A DNA stretch of 64,000 bases from Octopus vulgaris (taxonomy: Eukaryota): NCBI GenBank assembly GCA_951406725.2, contig OX597818.1:123628001-123692000 (forward strand). The letters run 5' to 3'. The position numbers and the translations under genes are program-made. Under the pieces are notes generated by a model. It saw only the letters and a program-made list of their open reading frames with translations. It searched no databases and was not told the origin of the DNA. This document shows, one piece after another, positions 51,205 to 64,000 of the stretch (positions are counted from its first letter, which is position 1; the number at the start of each line of letters is the position of its first letter).

Positions 51205-51620
51205 AATGGCAGTATCCCATTACATGATAAATGCAAACATACATCATTCGGTACAGCGTCGTTTGAGGATGATATAGCTGCCATTTCAATCAGGTTTGTC
51301 ACAAAGATGCAATGAGTGTCTTCATCTTGTAATAAAAGGTATTCTAGTCGTGGTCATCCATTCTTTTTAGCGGGTACAGAGCACCAATGCCGAGAACCAC
51401 GTCAATGGAGTGATGCAATAAGTACCATCCTTGACCGTAAAGAATAACTGAATTTGTGAAAAAAATAAAATGATTGACAAAATAGTTATGTCCAACGTTG
51501 AAAACCCAATTCAGAAAAGTTTTCGAAAGAAAACGTGCGAAAACGAAAAACTTTCTGTTGCTTCGATACTCTGAAAATGAGAAAGGAAATTTGATTGAAA
51601 AAATAAATGAATTTCCGGAG
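51205..51620 (+). pseudogene. Possible MULE transposase C-terminal relic
   Basis: MPRTTSME*CN (PRTTNxxEGWHN-like) followed by HP..EFVKKIK. Confidence 0.4.
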
Positions 51621-52065
51621 ACAAAAATCTTTCCCTTCTGAAACACAATTCTCTACATTTAAAACATAGTTCTGCAAAAAAAAAATGTAAAAGAAGTCCA
51701 AATTGTAAAAGCTACGACTGGTGGCGTACTCCAAGACAGACAAGGATGGTATCTAGTAACAAAAATAGCAAAAATTGGAAACTAAACAAAAAAGCCTGTT
51801 TTTTTTTTTTCGTCTTTGTAGAATTGTAATCTCCGATGTTTAAAACATACAAATACAAAGAAATTTTCTTTAAAAACTTCTGAGTCATGAGATATAAATA
51901 CTCAACTCTACCCCTGTATCATCTAATTTCGCTGTTCTTTCTTCCTGTTGTCTTTCATAACACACGGTTCTTTCTTCCTTTTGGAAATTTTATGACAACA
52001 CTACGAACTTTATATACGTGATCAATTTTATACTCTCTCTCTCTCTCTCTCTCCCTCTCTCTCTC

Positions 52066-52100
<35 letters not shown>

Positions 52101-52134
52101 ATGTATGTATGTATGTATGTATTCGTCGCTACAC

Positions 52135-52460
52135 CATACTAATCATATCTGTCGGACATGTGGAAGAGAGTGTTATTCGGCAGGAGGACTTAAACGACAT
52201 GCAAAGGTACATGAAGCGCAGTTACAACTACAGCCGGCTATTACTGGTAAAGGTTTTAGTTGCCAATTCTGTACAAGACATTGTAGATCTTTAGCTGGGC
52301 TAAAAAGTCACATTCAATCACAGCACCAGTAACAGTTAAGCTTCGTGCAATGGCCATACTCGATAACGAGGGGGCAGCCATAATGTATGTATGTATGTAT
52401 GTATGTATGTATGTATGTATGTATGTATGTATGTATGTATGTATGTATGTATGTATGTAT
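52135..52460 (+). mobile_element. 5'-truncated RTE-type LINE 3' end with two C2H2 fingers and (ATGT)n tail
   Basis: CRTC..LKRHAKVH and CQFC..LKSHIQSQH; 3' UTR ggccatactcgataacgagggg; TSD tcgtcgctacac at 52123 and 52461. Confidence 0.75.
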
Positions 52461-52485
52461 TCGTCGCTACACTGCTAACTGTGCA

Positions 52486-52692
52486 AATACCTATTTCTTT
52501 ACTACCCACAAGGGGCTAAACGCAGTGAGGACAAACAAAGACAGACAAACGGATTAAGTCGATTATATTGACCCCAATGCGTAACTGGTACTTATTTAAT
52601 CGACCCCGAAAGGATGAAAGGCAAAGCCGACCTCGGCGGAATTTGAACTCAGAACGTAACGGCAGACGAAATACGGCTACGCATTTCGCCCT
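52486..52692 (-). mobile_element. SINE family A, 5'-truncated
   Basis: Reverse complement; the tail ends GAAATAGGTATT. Confidence 0.88.
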
Positions 52693-52979
52693 GTCGTATG
52701 TATATCTTTATCTAATATCTCTTTAAGATTGTCTCATATATGACCACTATACCTTCTCGTCTCTCCATGTATGTGTGTATCTATATCTCTCTCATTATCT
52801 ATATGGCCACTTTCCCTCTTAAAATGAAAGAAAGAGAGAGAAAGAGATAAAGAGAGAACAGGGAAGTTAAATAGAGAGATATAGCTTAAGTGCAGATAAA
52901 TCGAAAATTCAGAGAAATGTACGCGAAAGACTGAAAAAGAGAAAGTGAGAAAGAAGGAAGTTAGACAGACATACATATT

Positions 52980-52982
52980 CAT

Positions 52983-53049
<67 letters not shown>

Positions 53050-53198
53050 ATGACTGAAAGAAAGGAAGAAAAAAGAAGGAAAGAAAGAGAGGAAGAAAGA
53101 GAGAAAGAAAGAAAGAAATAAAGGAAGGAAGGAAGAAAGAAATAAAGAAGGAAAGAAAGAAAGAAAGAAAGAAGGGACGAAAGAGAGAAAGGAAGAAA

Positions 53199-53272
<74 letters not shown>

Positions 53273-53300
53273 AAAAAGAAGGAAAGAAAGAAAGAAACTT
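52980..53300. repeat. (GAAA)n purine-rich microsatellite
   Basis: Directly visible. Confidence 0.95.
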
Positions 53301-53949
53301 TAAAGAAATTTCAAAGTATAGGAGGAAGAAAAAATAGTTTGACGCCACGCAAGTTTTATGTGTCTTATGACAACGTTTTTTCAGAAGACTTTGTTTAGTT
53401 TTTAACCACCCACTAACATGTCTTTTCAACTTTCTGCGCTTCTTTTTTGCTCACTCCCACTCTTTTTCAATTTTCTCCCACTACTACTTCTTTTCCACTT
53501 TCTTGACATACAGTTAGGTGTGGTTTGAGGAAGATTTGTCAATTATCTCTCAAAATAAATGTTACACAATATCACCTGTATTATGGCGAATAATTCAGTC
53601 TACAATAGATGAAAGGCCTGATATTTTGTGAAAGGGGAGCTAGTCGATAGCGTCGTTCCTTGTGCTCAACTAGTACTTATTTTATCGATCTCAAAATGAC
53701 GAAAGGCAAGGGCGACATCGGTGGAATTTGAACTCAGAACATAAAGCTAGGAGAAATGCCGCGAAGCATTTTGTCCATGTGCTAAGGATTCTGCCAGCTC
53801 ACATGGATAATAATACATAGTTTTTCAGGAGTTCGTTTTGTAGTTTCTGAATAAAAGGTGGTTGTGTCGTTGACATTGGCAATATTTCTATATGCATACA
53901 CACGCACGCACACAGAGGCACACACATACACACACACATCATACACTCA

Positions 53950-54155
53950 CATATACATACATACATACATACATACATACATACATACATACATACATAC
54001 ATACATACATACATACATACATACACGTCTGCATGCCATAGCAGCCGATTTTCTGGTAGCCATATTGAACTCAATGTATCTCTCCATTTGGCTTTCCAAA
54101 GCCTGAAGGAGTCAGGCTCCCGTTAGGCTCCTGCAAAACACGAAGTATCACGGAA
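53950..54155 (-). mobile_element. Short LINE (RTE-like) 3' end with (TATG)n tail
   Basis: Remnant Zn-finger-like end, then ggctaccagaaaatcggctgctatggc and (TATG)n, resembling the 52135 architecture. Confidence 0.4.
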
Positions 54156-54159
54156 CCGA

Positions 54160-54255
<96 letters not shown>

Positions 54256-54949
54256 GTAGGTAGGTGGGTGGGTGGGTGTTTATGTAGATAGATAGATAGA
54301 TAGATGTGTGAGTGTGCGCGCGCGTAACGACTGGTTTTGGTGTGTTTGCGTTCTCGTAACTTAAAAAATAAGTACTGGGGTCCATTCATTCGATTAAAAA
54401 TTCAAGGCGGTGCCCCAGCACGACCGCAGTCTGATGAGTGAAACAAATAAAAAATAAGAGATATATATACGCATATAAAAATCATTGCTGTTTCACCAGA
54501 AGCGATAAATTACAGGATGCAATACAACTGTGGAGTATTTTTAATACATTATCACTGAAAGGCTCCGATATCCAACACTCTGAGTTATTTATCTTCGATC
54601 ATCAGCTCGTAAACGGAGCTGATAAACTCTTTTGGGAATATTCCTTGTCTCAATAGTTTTTGAAATATAAAATGAGAGCGTGAAGAAAACGCTTATCCTT
54701 ATGTTCTTCTGTTTGAAAACCTTTGTGAACGACAAATGCGAAATCGGCTGCTTCGAGTTCACGCTTTTAATTTTCTTTACTTGTTTACATGGTAAATGTA
54801 AACTTCATTATAAGCGAAGTCATGAAATTGCGTTGCTATTTAAGCAAAGTTCCAAAATAATACTTCAAAATCATAATTATTAATTAATGTTTTTTTAAAA
54901 AACAATGTGCGTACGTAGGTGTTCATTTTGCATGCACCTGTGCAGGTGC

Positions 54950-54980
<31 letters not shown>

Positions 54981-55312
54981 ACATATGCATATTCATACAT
55001 ACACACATATGTATGCACAGAGCACAGAATTATATATTCATGTACACATATACATATATGCAAATATACGCACGTGCACGCGTAGACACGCACCAAAACA
55101 TATTAAACCATATATTAATAAAACTTATTAATCAAACGTTTCGAAACCGAGAATTTTTTTTCTGAACCACGACAAAATTCAAAGAGGCATGCATTTGCAT
55201 ATATGTTTAGTCGCTTGCATACAAGGTGTTAACAGTTCAGTTCTTTTGTTCCAACTAACACTACCTTGAGTTTAAAATCCCAGTTCTTCCGTCAGACACA
55301 GGTCACACCTTT

Positions 55313-55349
<37 letters not shown>

Positions 55350-56029
55350 ATATATAGAGGGAGACGATACGAAGACGGACAGGAAGAACAACAAAAAGAC
55401 GGTAGAACAAAACAAGGACGAGCCATTCGTAGCCTTCTCTCATCAGTCAGGTTTCCAGATAATCTTTACAGTTTCGATCGGTTACACTTACATATTTTGG
55501 GAGAAAGCAAGCGAATGTTTACAAAGACAAAAGAAGAAACAAAAAAAACGGAGGAAAAGGGAAAATGCTACTCAATTACAAATACAAACCGCAAGAAAAT
55601 AACAACACACGTCTTTCGACTAATAGAAACGAATCACTATCTCACTACACCTACACATTCAAGGCAGTTTACTAACGACCTTCAGTAACAACACCCTGAT
55701 AAGCTTAGTGACTACTACTAAATTCAGTCTACGACAGACAGAGCGGATGTTCTTGAAGCCGAGGTAACACAACAAATAGTTGTCATAATGCAGGGAAACA
55801 GTTACATAACCAAGTTCCTGCAAACCTGGAGGACTACGTTGCGTGGAAACAATTGTAGTGATTATAAAATGAATGTCCAACTGTATGCCTTCTTGTTGAC
55901 TACAATTTTTTCAATTATCTGTTCACACACGATAGATGCCCACATGCAAACCTGGAAGTACGTATGAATCTGAAGGTGGACGAGATTTATACTGTACTCT
56001 ACTACAGTCTTAACAGAATATACCATAAC

Positions 56030-56802
56030 TATAGGAGGAGGGGGAGGCGGAGGAGAAAAGAGGAGGAGGGGCGGAGAGGAGGAGGGGGCAGAGAGGAGGA
56101 GGGGAGACGGAGATGAGGAGAGGACGGAGAGGAGGAGGGGAGGATGGAGAGGAGGAGGAGAGGACGAAGAGGAGGAGAGGACGGAGAGGAGGAGGAGAAG
56201 GAGAAGGAGGAGAGAAGAGAAAATGAGGAGGAGGAGGAGGAGAAGGAAAGGACAAGGAGGAGGACGATGAGGAGACTACGAGGAAGAGGACGAGGAGGAA
56301 GATAACAGAGAGGTTGCGCATAATGTTTGATCTTCAACCATCTTATGCAATCCATCACCCATCTGACATCGTCGTTAAGCCGTCATCACCATAAGGCATC
56401 CTCTGCCACAACTATCATCATCATTATCATGATCCTCATCATCATCACCACCACCATCAGCATCAGTATCATCGTCTTCATCATCACCAGCACACCACTA
56501 CCATCGTTATTATCATCGTTACCACCACTACCACCACCACCATCATCATCATTATCATCACCACCACGCCTGTTGGTTTAGAGCTGGCCTGGGCTTAAAT
56601 ACTGGCAGCAGCAGCAGCGGTCGCAGCAGCAACAACAACAACAACAACAACAACTGGTTATCTTTCAGTCACGGATGGAATTGATTTAGTAACAAGACAC
56701 CAAGTTCATAGAATGGTTGTTTATTTTTCTCGGGGAGACAGAAATGATGATGACGACGACGACGATGATGACGGAGATGATGATGATGATGATGATGATG
56801 AC

Positions 56803-56849
<47 letters not shown>

Positions 56850-56878
56850 CGATGATGATGATGATGATGACGACGACC

Positions 56879-56912
<34 letters not shown>

Positions 56913-57039
56913 CGATGACGATGATGATGATGATGATTATGATGATGATAATGATGATGATGATGATGACGACGACCATCATGATGATAATGATGATGAC
57001 GACGACCATCATGATGATGATGATGACGACGACGACGAC

Positions 57040-57070
<31 letters not shown>

Positions 57071-57480
57071 GGGGGTCGTCATCGTCGTCGTAGTGGAGGT
57101 GATCTTCGTCGTCGCGTTAATGACAGTTGTGGTAGTCGTAGTAGTGATGATGGAAGTGGTGGTGATGGTGATGGTGTTGGTGGTCATCTCGTGGTTGGAA
57201 ATTGGTTGTCGTCATGTTTGTACTAGAAATCATAGTCATCACGGAGTTGTTGTTGACGATGATGATGGTGACGATGACGACAACGACGACGACGACGACG
57301 GGTTGATCGTGGTCGTTGGCATCCTTTGCGCCGTCGAATTATCGAGGATGGTGCGGATAATTTTGTTGTTGCTGTTGATGGTGATTCTGATGATGGTCAT
57401 GACGACGACGACGACGACGGCGACAACGATGTTATGTATGACGACAATAATGACTACTACGACGATGGGGCTACTATTGT
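56030..57480. repeat. Low-complexity trinucleotide block: (GGA)n, (CAT/CAC)n, (CAA)n, (GAT/GAC)n
   Basis: Directly visible; source of the poly-H/D/M ORFs. Confidence 0.92.
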
Positions 57481-57874
57481 TGTTTAACGGAGTTGGGGAT
57501 GTGAACGCGAAAAAATAAATCGATTAATTCCTTCCACAAGCGACATTACGGTGGATATCTTTGTCTGCTGTGCTCGCATTGTTAAAATTCAACAAGGTAA
57601 GTGAGACAACAGACAACAAAACACGCAGCAAGAAAATATAAACGTGCTAAAAATCAATAAAGAAAACATTCATAAACGAGGCAAAGATGAGTCAAATGTG
57701 AAGATTGGCATTTAAATCAGGTTTTTCAATTGTTCTGTTAACCAACAATATTATTGTTATAGCGAAAAAAGTAGTTTTAGCTTCGTCTATATATTTCCTT
57801 CGAAATATATATGGCGGTGGTAATAGCACCCTGGTCGTTTAGGGAATAGTTTAATTATATCATAAGCTCTCAAG

Positions 57875-58290
57875 GTGGTGACGAGCAGAACCGTTAACAC
57901 GCTGTTTAAAAACCGCCGTGTTCGATTTTACTTTTCATTTTTTGGGGTCGAAGGGTTAAAAGGGACGCAACTAGTTGAGCATTGGGGTCAAAGTAACTGA
58001 CTTGCCCTATCCCCTAAAATGTCAAGCTTTGGGCCTATAATGGAAAAGAGTATTTCATAAGCTGGAAAGACGGTGAACTGGTAGAATCTTTAACACGCCG
58101 GATAAAATACTTAGCGGTGTGTTTCTTCTGGCTCTTCACGTTTTCAGATCAACTGTCACCGAGGTCAGCTTTACCTTTCATCCTTTCAGGGTCGATAAAA
58201 TAAGTTACCAGTTGAATCCTGGGGTCGATGTAATCGACTTCCATCTACCCCTAAAATTGCCGGCTTTGTGCCAAAATTAGAAACAATATT
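57875..58290 (+). mobile_element. Two old SINE family A units in tandem
   Basis: Two degenerate heads and cores with the ccctaaaat tail type. Confidence 0.75.
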
Positions 58291-58519
58291 TCATAGGCTC
58301 TGAATTTGGGTTCAGTAAAAGTGTCTCACATTTAAACAGTTTCGAGCCCGAGTGTGCCTACTCTCCCTCGAGCATAGATTGATACTAAAATAACTATTAT
58401 TTCATGTCAGTTGCGTTTCTGAATATGTTTTTCTTTAAACAATTCTAGCATCTTTTCTTCTTTTTTTTTGCCAACCTATCTTTAAATCATATCCAATTCG
58501 GGAGTTCAGTTTTGGAGTA

Positions 58520-58870
58520 CCTTGTGTCCACCCTGGTAGTATCTGTTAAGGGTCCCAGTTATGAATCACATAGCAGAAAATAGCTCGGTAGCAGAATCAT
58601 TTGTACTACGACTCAGAGAAGAGCTGGCCTCGAGACATGTGCTACACAGACTTACAGGTGTGAAATATGCCCTGATGTCATGTGAGCCAGTCTTTAACCC
58701 TGTCTAACGGTGTCATTGACCCTGTGCCTCTATGAAAAGGCTGGACGAGCAGGAAGTGAACAGAATTAACTGTAAATATCTTGTAGAAGGCAGCAGAAAA
58801 CCACAGCTGTATCTTTCCCGAGAAAAATCATGGATCTTCAGACACTGGCTTAGAGGTCATTGGTCACAGA
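58520..58870 (+). mobile_element. Old SINE with an RTE/BovB-type tail
   Basis: gaaggcagcagaaaaccacagctgtatctttcccgagaaaaatcatggat resembles the BovB-derived ggcaacccactccagtattcttgcc..aaaatcccatgga motif. Confidence 0.5.
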
Positions 58871-59482
58871 TAACTGTAGGCATGGCGTAATTAGATAAAC
58901 AAAAAGATATATATAGTACTATACATTTGCTTAATGAATCTATCATTACTACTAGGGAGTCTACAATTCGTTGGTGAGGTCACAATAATACCAGAACATA
59001 GCCGGAGTTGTGTCCTATACTCAGTTTCAAAATAAAAGTAATATCAGTCAATGAATAATTTTTTCCTCAAGACATATTTTCTGGTTAAATTTTTAATGTT
59101 TCATGCATTAAATATGTTAGCACTAACTTGTTAATGAAACTTGAAATATTTGGTCTTAAATTGATTTGAAACATCGCCCGAATTAATGCCGGCCTTAAGA
59201 TAAACTCTACCCATTCCTTCAACTATGCCACATACTCCTGAAAAGCGCAATTTGGTACTGCCTTTCTTCCTTTGACAAAGACAGACGTGAGAGACCTGCA
59301 GCCTTCTGAAAGAAGTACAATGTTTGTGGAGGATATATTTATTGATTTAATTGTATTTTATGCCAGTCTTTTTAACTAGTTGTGAATTTTGGAAATGTAT
59401 GTTTGTTTTCCATTATCTACACTTGTAATTACTAAAGGTAATTACTACTATAAGAAAGTTTAAAAATTTCGAAAAAAAAGTA

Positions 59483-60392
59483 CGTGGTAGGCTGAAAAGT
59501 TCATCGGCTGACTATGAAAGAGTGATTCTAGAATTAATTTCAACTCCTTTTATAAATAACTGCAGAGTTTTCTTTTCCAGATGAACTGACATCTCACTAT
59601 TCAAAGGCGACTTCTCTTGAAAATTGACATAATTTGGCATCTTGCTGTTATCAAGTACCTGCAGGAAAAGGGTTTAGCCTCCAACGACATTCATGCTGAT
59701 ATGGTTTCTAAATTAAGGAATGGCACTCTAGCTTTATCAACAGTGCAAAAGTGGGCAGCTGAATTTAGGAGGGGAAGGGGGAGTGTGGAAGATGATCCAA
59801 AGAGTGGACGTCCTGCAACTGCCCCCACTGAGGAAAACATGGTCATGTTCATCATAAGGTGATGGATGACAGGCGATTGACTAATCAAATAGTCGATGCT
59901 ATTAGCATATCCTGTGAGAGAGTTGAGAATATTCTGCACAATGAACTTTGCATGACGAAGGGTTCTGCTCAATGGGTGCCACGTCTTCTGACACTTGTTC
60001 AAACACTGACGCAATGGGCCTTGTCTCATCAAGTCAATGCTCCAGCACACAAGCCCTTGCTTTCAATCGCTGCTGTGCATGAATGTGGCTTGGAACTGGT
60101 TTATCACCTCCCTATTCTTCTGATTTGGCCTCATTTGACTATCATCTGTTCCCCCAAAATAAAAAAAACCCACTTGGCTGGGAAGCAGCATTGCAGTGAT
60201 GACGTCATATCTGTTGTTGACCTCTTTTATAACAAACAAGATGAAAGCTTCTTCATCAATGAGATCCAAGTGCTGCAACACCGGTGGAAAAAGAGTAAGG
60301 ACCGCAAAGGGGATTGTTTGAAAAATAAACCTCATTTGATCTCATTCCATTAGAGTATCTTAGCAGTCAATTAACTTTTCAGCCGACTTTCG
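59483..60392 (+). mobile_element. mariner-family transposon, internally deleted
   Basis: TA|CGTGGTAGGCTGAAAAGTT ... AACTTTTCAGCCGACTTTCG|TA; VIKYL, VQKWAAEFRRGR, DDPKSGRP, KGSAQWVPRLLT, HQVNAPAH. Confidence 0.9.
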
Positions 60393-60619
60393 TAGAATCT
60401 AGATCTCCCTAATATCACACACGATTATCTTAAACAGGGATAATGTGGTCCTGGATACAATGGATAAGAAAACAGTGATCATGACTGCTACGCCTTTGAT
60501 CGTCAGGGCTGACATGAGGTTAAACAACAGTTAATATTAATTTTACCAAGTTAATGAAATAATGAGAAAGTCGACCACAAAACAGCGTAGGAATGGAACA
60601 TCCAATTTGAGTCTATGTT

Positions 60620-60795
60620 GGTTTCAAATTTTGTTACAAAGCCAGCAATATCGGGGAGAGGTAAATAGATTATATTGACACCCAGTGCTCAACTAGCATT
60701 TATTTTATCGACCTCGAAAGAATGAAAGGCAACGTCAACCTCGACGGAATTTGAACGCGTAAAGACGGGCAAAACGCCACTACGCATTTTGCCCA
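60620..60795 (-). mobile_element. SINE family A, older copy
   Basis: Reverse-complement core and head. Confidence 0.75.
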
Positions 60796-61461
60796 ACATG
60801 CCAGCTAACTGCCTTAATTTGAGTCTATATTCACGTGGATATCTTCACTTTCTAAAATGTGCTGTAAATACACGTGTGTGAAGAGATTTCACAACTCTAA
60901 AGTTCCTAATTAAAATTCCGAAGCCAGAGGTTAAAGAAAACTGCTTTAAATGCCAAAAGATACCATGTGCTGATTGCAGATTTGTAGTGGCTCTGAAAAT
61001 TTCAATTTAAAAAGTTTGATTTAACCCGCTTTGTATGTTAATTATGTCTAATTTTTTCTAATTACTTCTTTCAGGATGCGTCAGCACTAACCAGGATTTA
61101 TTCAATTCCATTATAACAAAACGGGAAAGAGAAGGAGACAAGGGAGAGAGAGAGAGAGAGAGAGAGAAGAGAAAAATATTCGGAATATTCAGAGATACGA
61201 AAAATTTCTTAAATACAAATCAAATAATTTTTTTCACTAACCACATTGATTAGATTTTCCTGCTTAATTCTAAGATTTCTTTTGGAATTTGTATTTAACA
61301 AACATGGAATATAAAGCTGGTATAAGATTATTAAAATGTGAGAAGGCTTCGACATTTATCGATGATTGGCAAAAATAATTGAATTATTGGCAAGACATCA
61401 TAAAGACTGTTGAAAAACAAGCTGATATGTCCAAATAATGCATGTTTCAGGCTTTTATTCC

Positions 61462-61699
61462 TTAACTTTTGTACCACAAGTACACTAAAGCGTACTTGTG
61501 AGATCTTTTAACTACATTCCCTGAAAACACAAAAGCGGACGGCCACTTGGTTTGTGTTTACAGCTTGTAAATTTACAAAAACATCGTCATTTTCCGCTGT
61601 AAACACAAAACTGTGTAGCCTCTCGCTTTTACGTCTTCCAAGAGTATAACCAAACGAAATCCTTCCCGCTAAAGCGTATTCGTGGATTCGGAGGGTTAA
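61462..61699. mobile_element. piggyBac-like MITE, degenerate
   Basis: TTAA at both ends; ccacaagtacactaaagcg versus the reverse complement of the right end ccacgaatacgctttagcg; right end GGG|TTAA. Confidence 0.55.
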
Positions 61700-62815
61700 A
61701 AGGGACGCAACTTGTTTGTATTTTATTCACATTAATACGTAGTCGCGGTTCATATTTCATCTATATTGCATCTATGGCAAAGATTTAATTCGCCGAGGAC
61801 AAGTTCGTCTATATTTAAATAAATATTATGAAGTAGTGGGTTAGTTTATCTCTAGAGTTAATAGAAAGATTATAACTGAAGAGCTTTTTGCTGGTTTTGT
61901 GTAACTGAAATTTTCAAAACAACTTCAAGCTACGCTCAAATTTTGTCTTGCTTCTTATGCAAAAGAAACACTCGTCTGTTGCTTAGTAAATGGAATGGTT
62001 AACATAGACCACTAACTCAAAGTCATTCTTCCAGGTAACTGCGATAGACCTAAAGTAAGAATAAGCTCTGCAACCAAATACAAGACTGAATTTAATGCAG
62101 CTCTTAAGGAACAGGATGTTCTTTCATTCATTTACTGCTTCCAGTTTTGGAGCCAGCTGATTGGCGTCGCTGATTTGAGACTGACTTACTAGACATCAGA
62201 CATTTTAATACTTCTCACGTTTTCATGTTTTTCTCGTTCTCTCCCTCCTCCCTCTCTTCCTCTCACTCTCTCCCTCTTTCTTTCTTTTTCTGCTTACGTG
62301 TGTAAGCATCTAGTTATGTTTGTATGCATGTGTAATATATCTTTCCCTCTCTCTATCTACCTATCTCTAACTTTTTCTATTTGTATGTATATATTTCTGC
62401 ATACGTGTGCTTGTATTTTAACCTCTAGTGCCAAAACGTACTGTGATTAAAACAGATTGAATGTCCAGTCAGCCGTGTTTAAACTGTCAGCGTCCAAACA
62501 GCAGTTATTAACCGTTTCATTCCGATAAAATGACCGGAGTCGTGGTGATCGACTGTCCTTTACAAAGTGGTGCTCCACCGCCACCACCACCATCACCTAA
62601 CTGGCAACGGTGCAATAAAAGAATAAAAATAATAAAAGAACAGCCAGTTTCTTAAGAAACAAATCTGACTGACCTGCGACAACTTGTTTACCTCCATATT
62701 ACGCAGCTAGACTATTATCAATGCAGACATATTTGAATATTAAATGTGCTTCATTCTAATGGTAAACATTCGATGACTGAATTGACTGAGTTTGATTCTT
62801 ATGACAAACACAATC

Positions 62816-62869
<54 letters not shown>

Positions 62870-64000
62870 CTTTATCTCTCACTCTCACATGCACCACACA
62901 CTCGCATACACACACACACATACACAGTCTCACACACGTTAATTTCTCAACTGTGAAGTTGTAATTCACCAAAATTAATTGGATCGCTGAAACGACTGGC
63001 ATTTTTATTGACATTCGGTGAAGCAGAGGAAATTACAGTGGAGACGTTGGCTACTCGTTATTTTCTCTAGGTCCAATGACCTAGACCTGTCAACTAATAG
63101 AAACCAAAACACTTGTAAACGTCGAGCTGCTGAGGGAGGATCATTATGTGCTCGCTTCCCTCGGCCTGATAAGAATAGTAGTTCAAATCTCTTTCAAATT
63201 ACACTCAAATACCTAAGAAAAGAACACACTGGATAATGTGGTCTTAAATGTACTATGCTCAGAAAGCAAAATGGACGTCTATGGCTTGAACACCGTTGCT
63301 TATATATGTCTAATCAATCAGGGTTGATTTGGAGTTAGACGACAGCAACAATTAAAAAACCGCTTGTAAATGAATCAATGAGTAAGTTGGAGTCGATCGC
63401 TTGATCTACATGAAATAACTGTCGAATCTCCCTCAAATCACATCCTCCTGTATCATAAGAGGAGAAAGCTTAAGTATCAAGGATAAAGGAGTCCTTAATA
63501 TACTGTTCCTTAAAAACAAAATGGTGATGGCTGGAACTTTAAGGGTCAGAGATTTGGCCAATCAAGATTGACCTGGAGCTAAACAACAACAAATGGCTGT
63601 AAGGTATAGTGTTCGCTTCTTTTGGTAATATCACTAATATGTACTTTCCCATATGACCTATTTTCATTTAGGTGGAATGTGAGGTGTTCTTATCTCTCTT
63701 TGTTAGTCTTTTATCAACTCAGACAGTTGTAAAACGTTCAGACTTTTACAGAGATTGAATAACACACGCTGATAGGCACACACACAAACATGTAATGTAT
63801 TTAAGCCCCTTTAGGAGATATATAATGTTCTTCGGTTATTACAGGCAGTTATACATACAAACAACTGTGAAACTGTTGTCAGATATTTTCAGTTGAATGG
63901 AAACTGAGATTTCGCTACTGCAGGGAAAAGAGTTTGAACTTCTGACTAAAGAATCGACTGAGCGTATCGCATCACCAGCGGTATATTGTTGCTAGTTACA

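Noticed and set aside
52018-52332. C2H2 zinc-finger ORF as a host ZNF gene
   Set aside because: Lacks TGEKP linkers, is followed by a LINE-type 3' UTR and (ATGT)n tail, and is bounded by a TSD
54431-54444. CTGATGAGTGAAAC, a perfect-looking hammerhead core
   Set aside because: No stem II or III; other SINE family B copies read CAAATGACTGAAAC, so it is a chance variant of the SINE tail
56669-57518. Poly-His, poly-Asp and poly-Met ORFs suggesting a metal-binding protein
   Set aside because: All frames of a (GAT)n tract are open; no codon structure or flanking domain

Overview
AT-rich, repeat-dense eukaryotic (animal) genomic DNA. The SINE families and microsatellite load look like a coleoid cephalopod, probably Octopus; this is inference from recognising the repeats, not a database result. 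One host gene is well supported: a RASSF9/RASSF10-type N-terminal RASSF protein encoded by one 2.5-kb coding exon on the minus strand (29326-31845). It has an RA domain, coiled coils, a long polyQ/Pro tract and a C-terminal DTGLGS...ETLV motif, and is preceded by a splice acceptor. A near full-length, probably dead 7SL/SRP RNA copy lies at ~20918-21202. The rest is decayed mobile DNA: tRNA-derived SINEs of several families, R4/Dong, R2-Hero and RTE LINE fragments, Penelope GIY-YIG fragments with inverted pLTRs, Tc1, mariner and maT elements, MULE relics, Helitrons and hAT/piggyBac-like MITEs. The least expected signals are: a set of minimal type-I hammerhead-ribozyme-like motifs in short (TA)n-flanked cassettes, with different bases at the core 3-8 pair; one motif with the three hammerhead strands in scrambled order; SINE tandems with a fixed palindromic junction; several long inverted repeats; and a probable local templated insertion. 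All alignments and folds were done by eye, and element boundaries are approximate unless TSDs or TIRs are stated.
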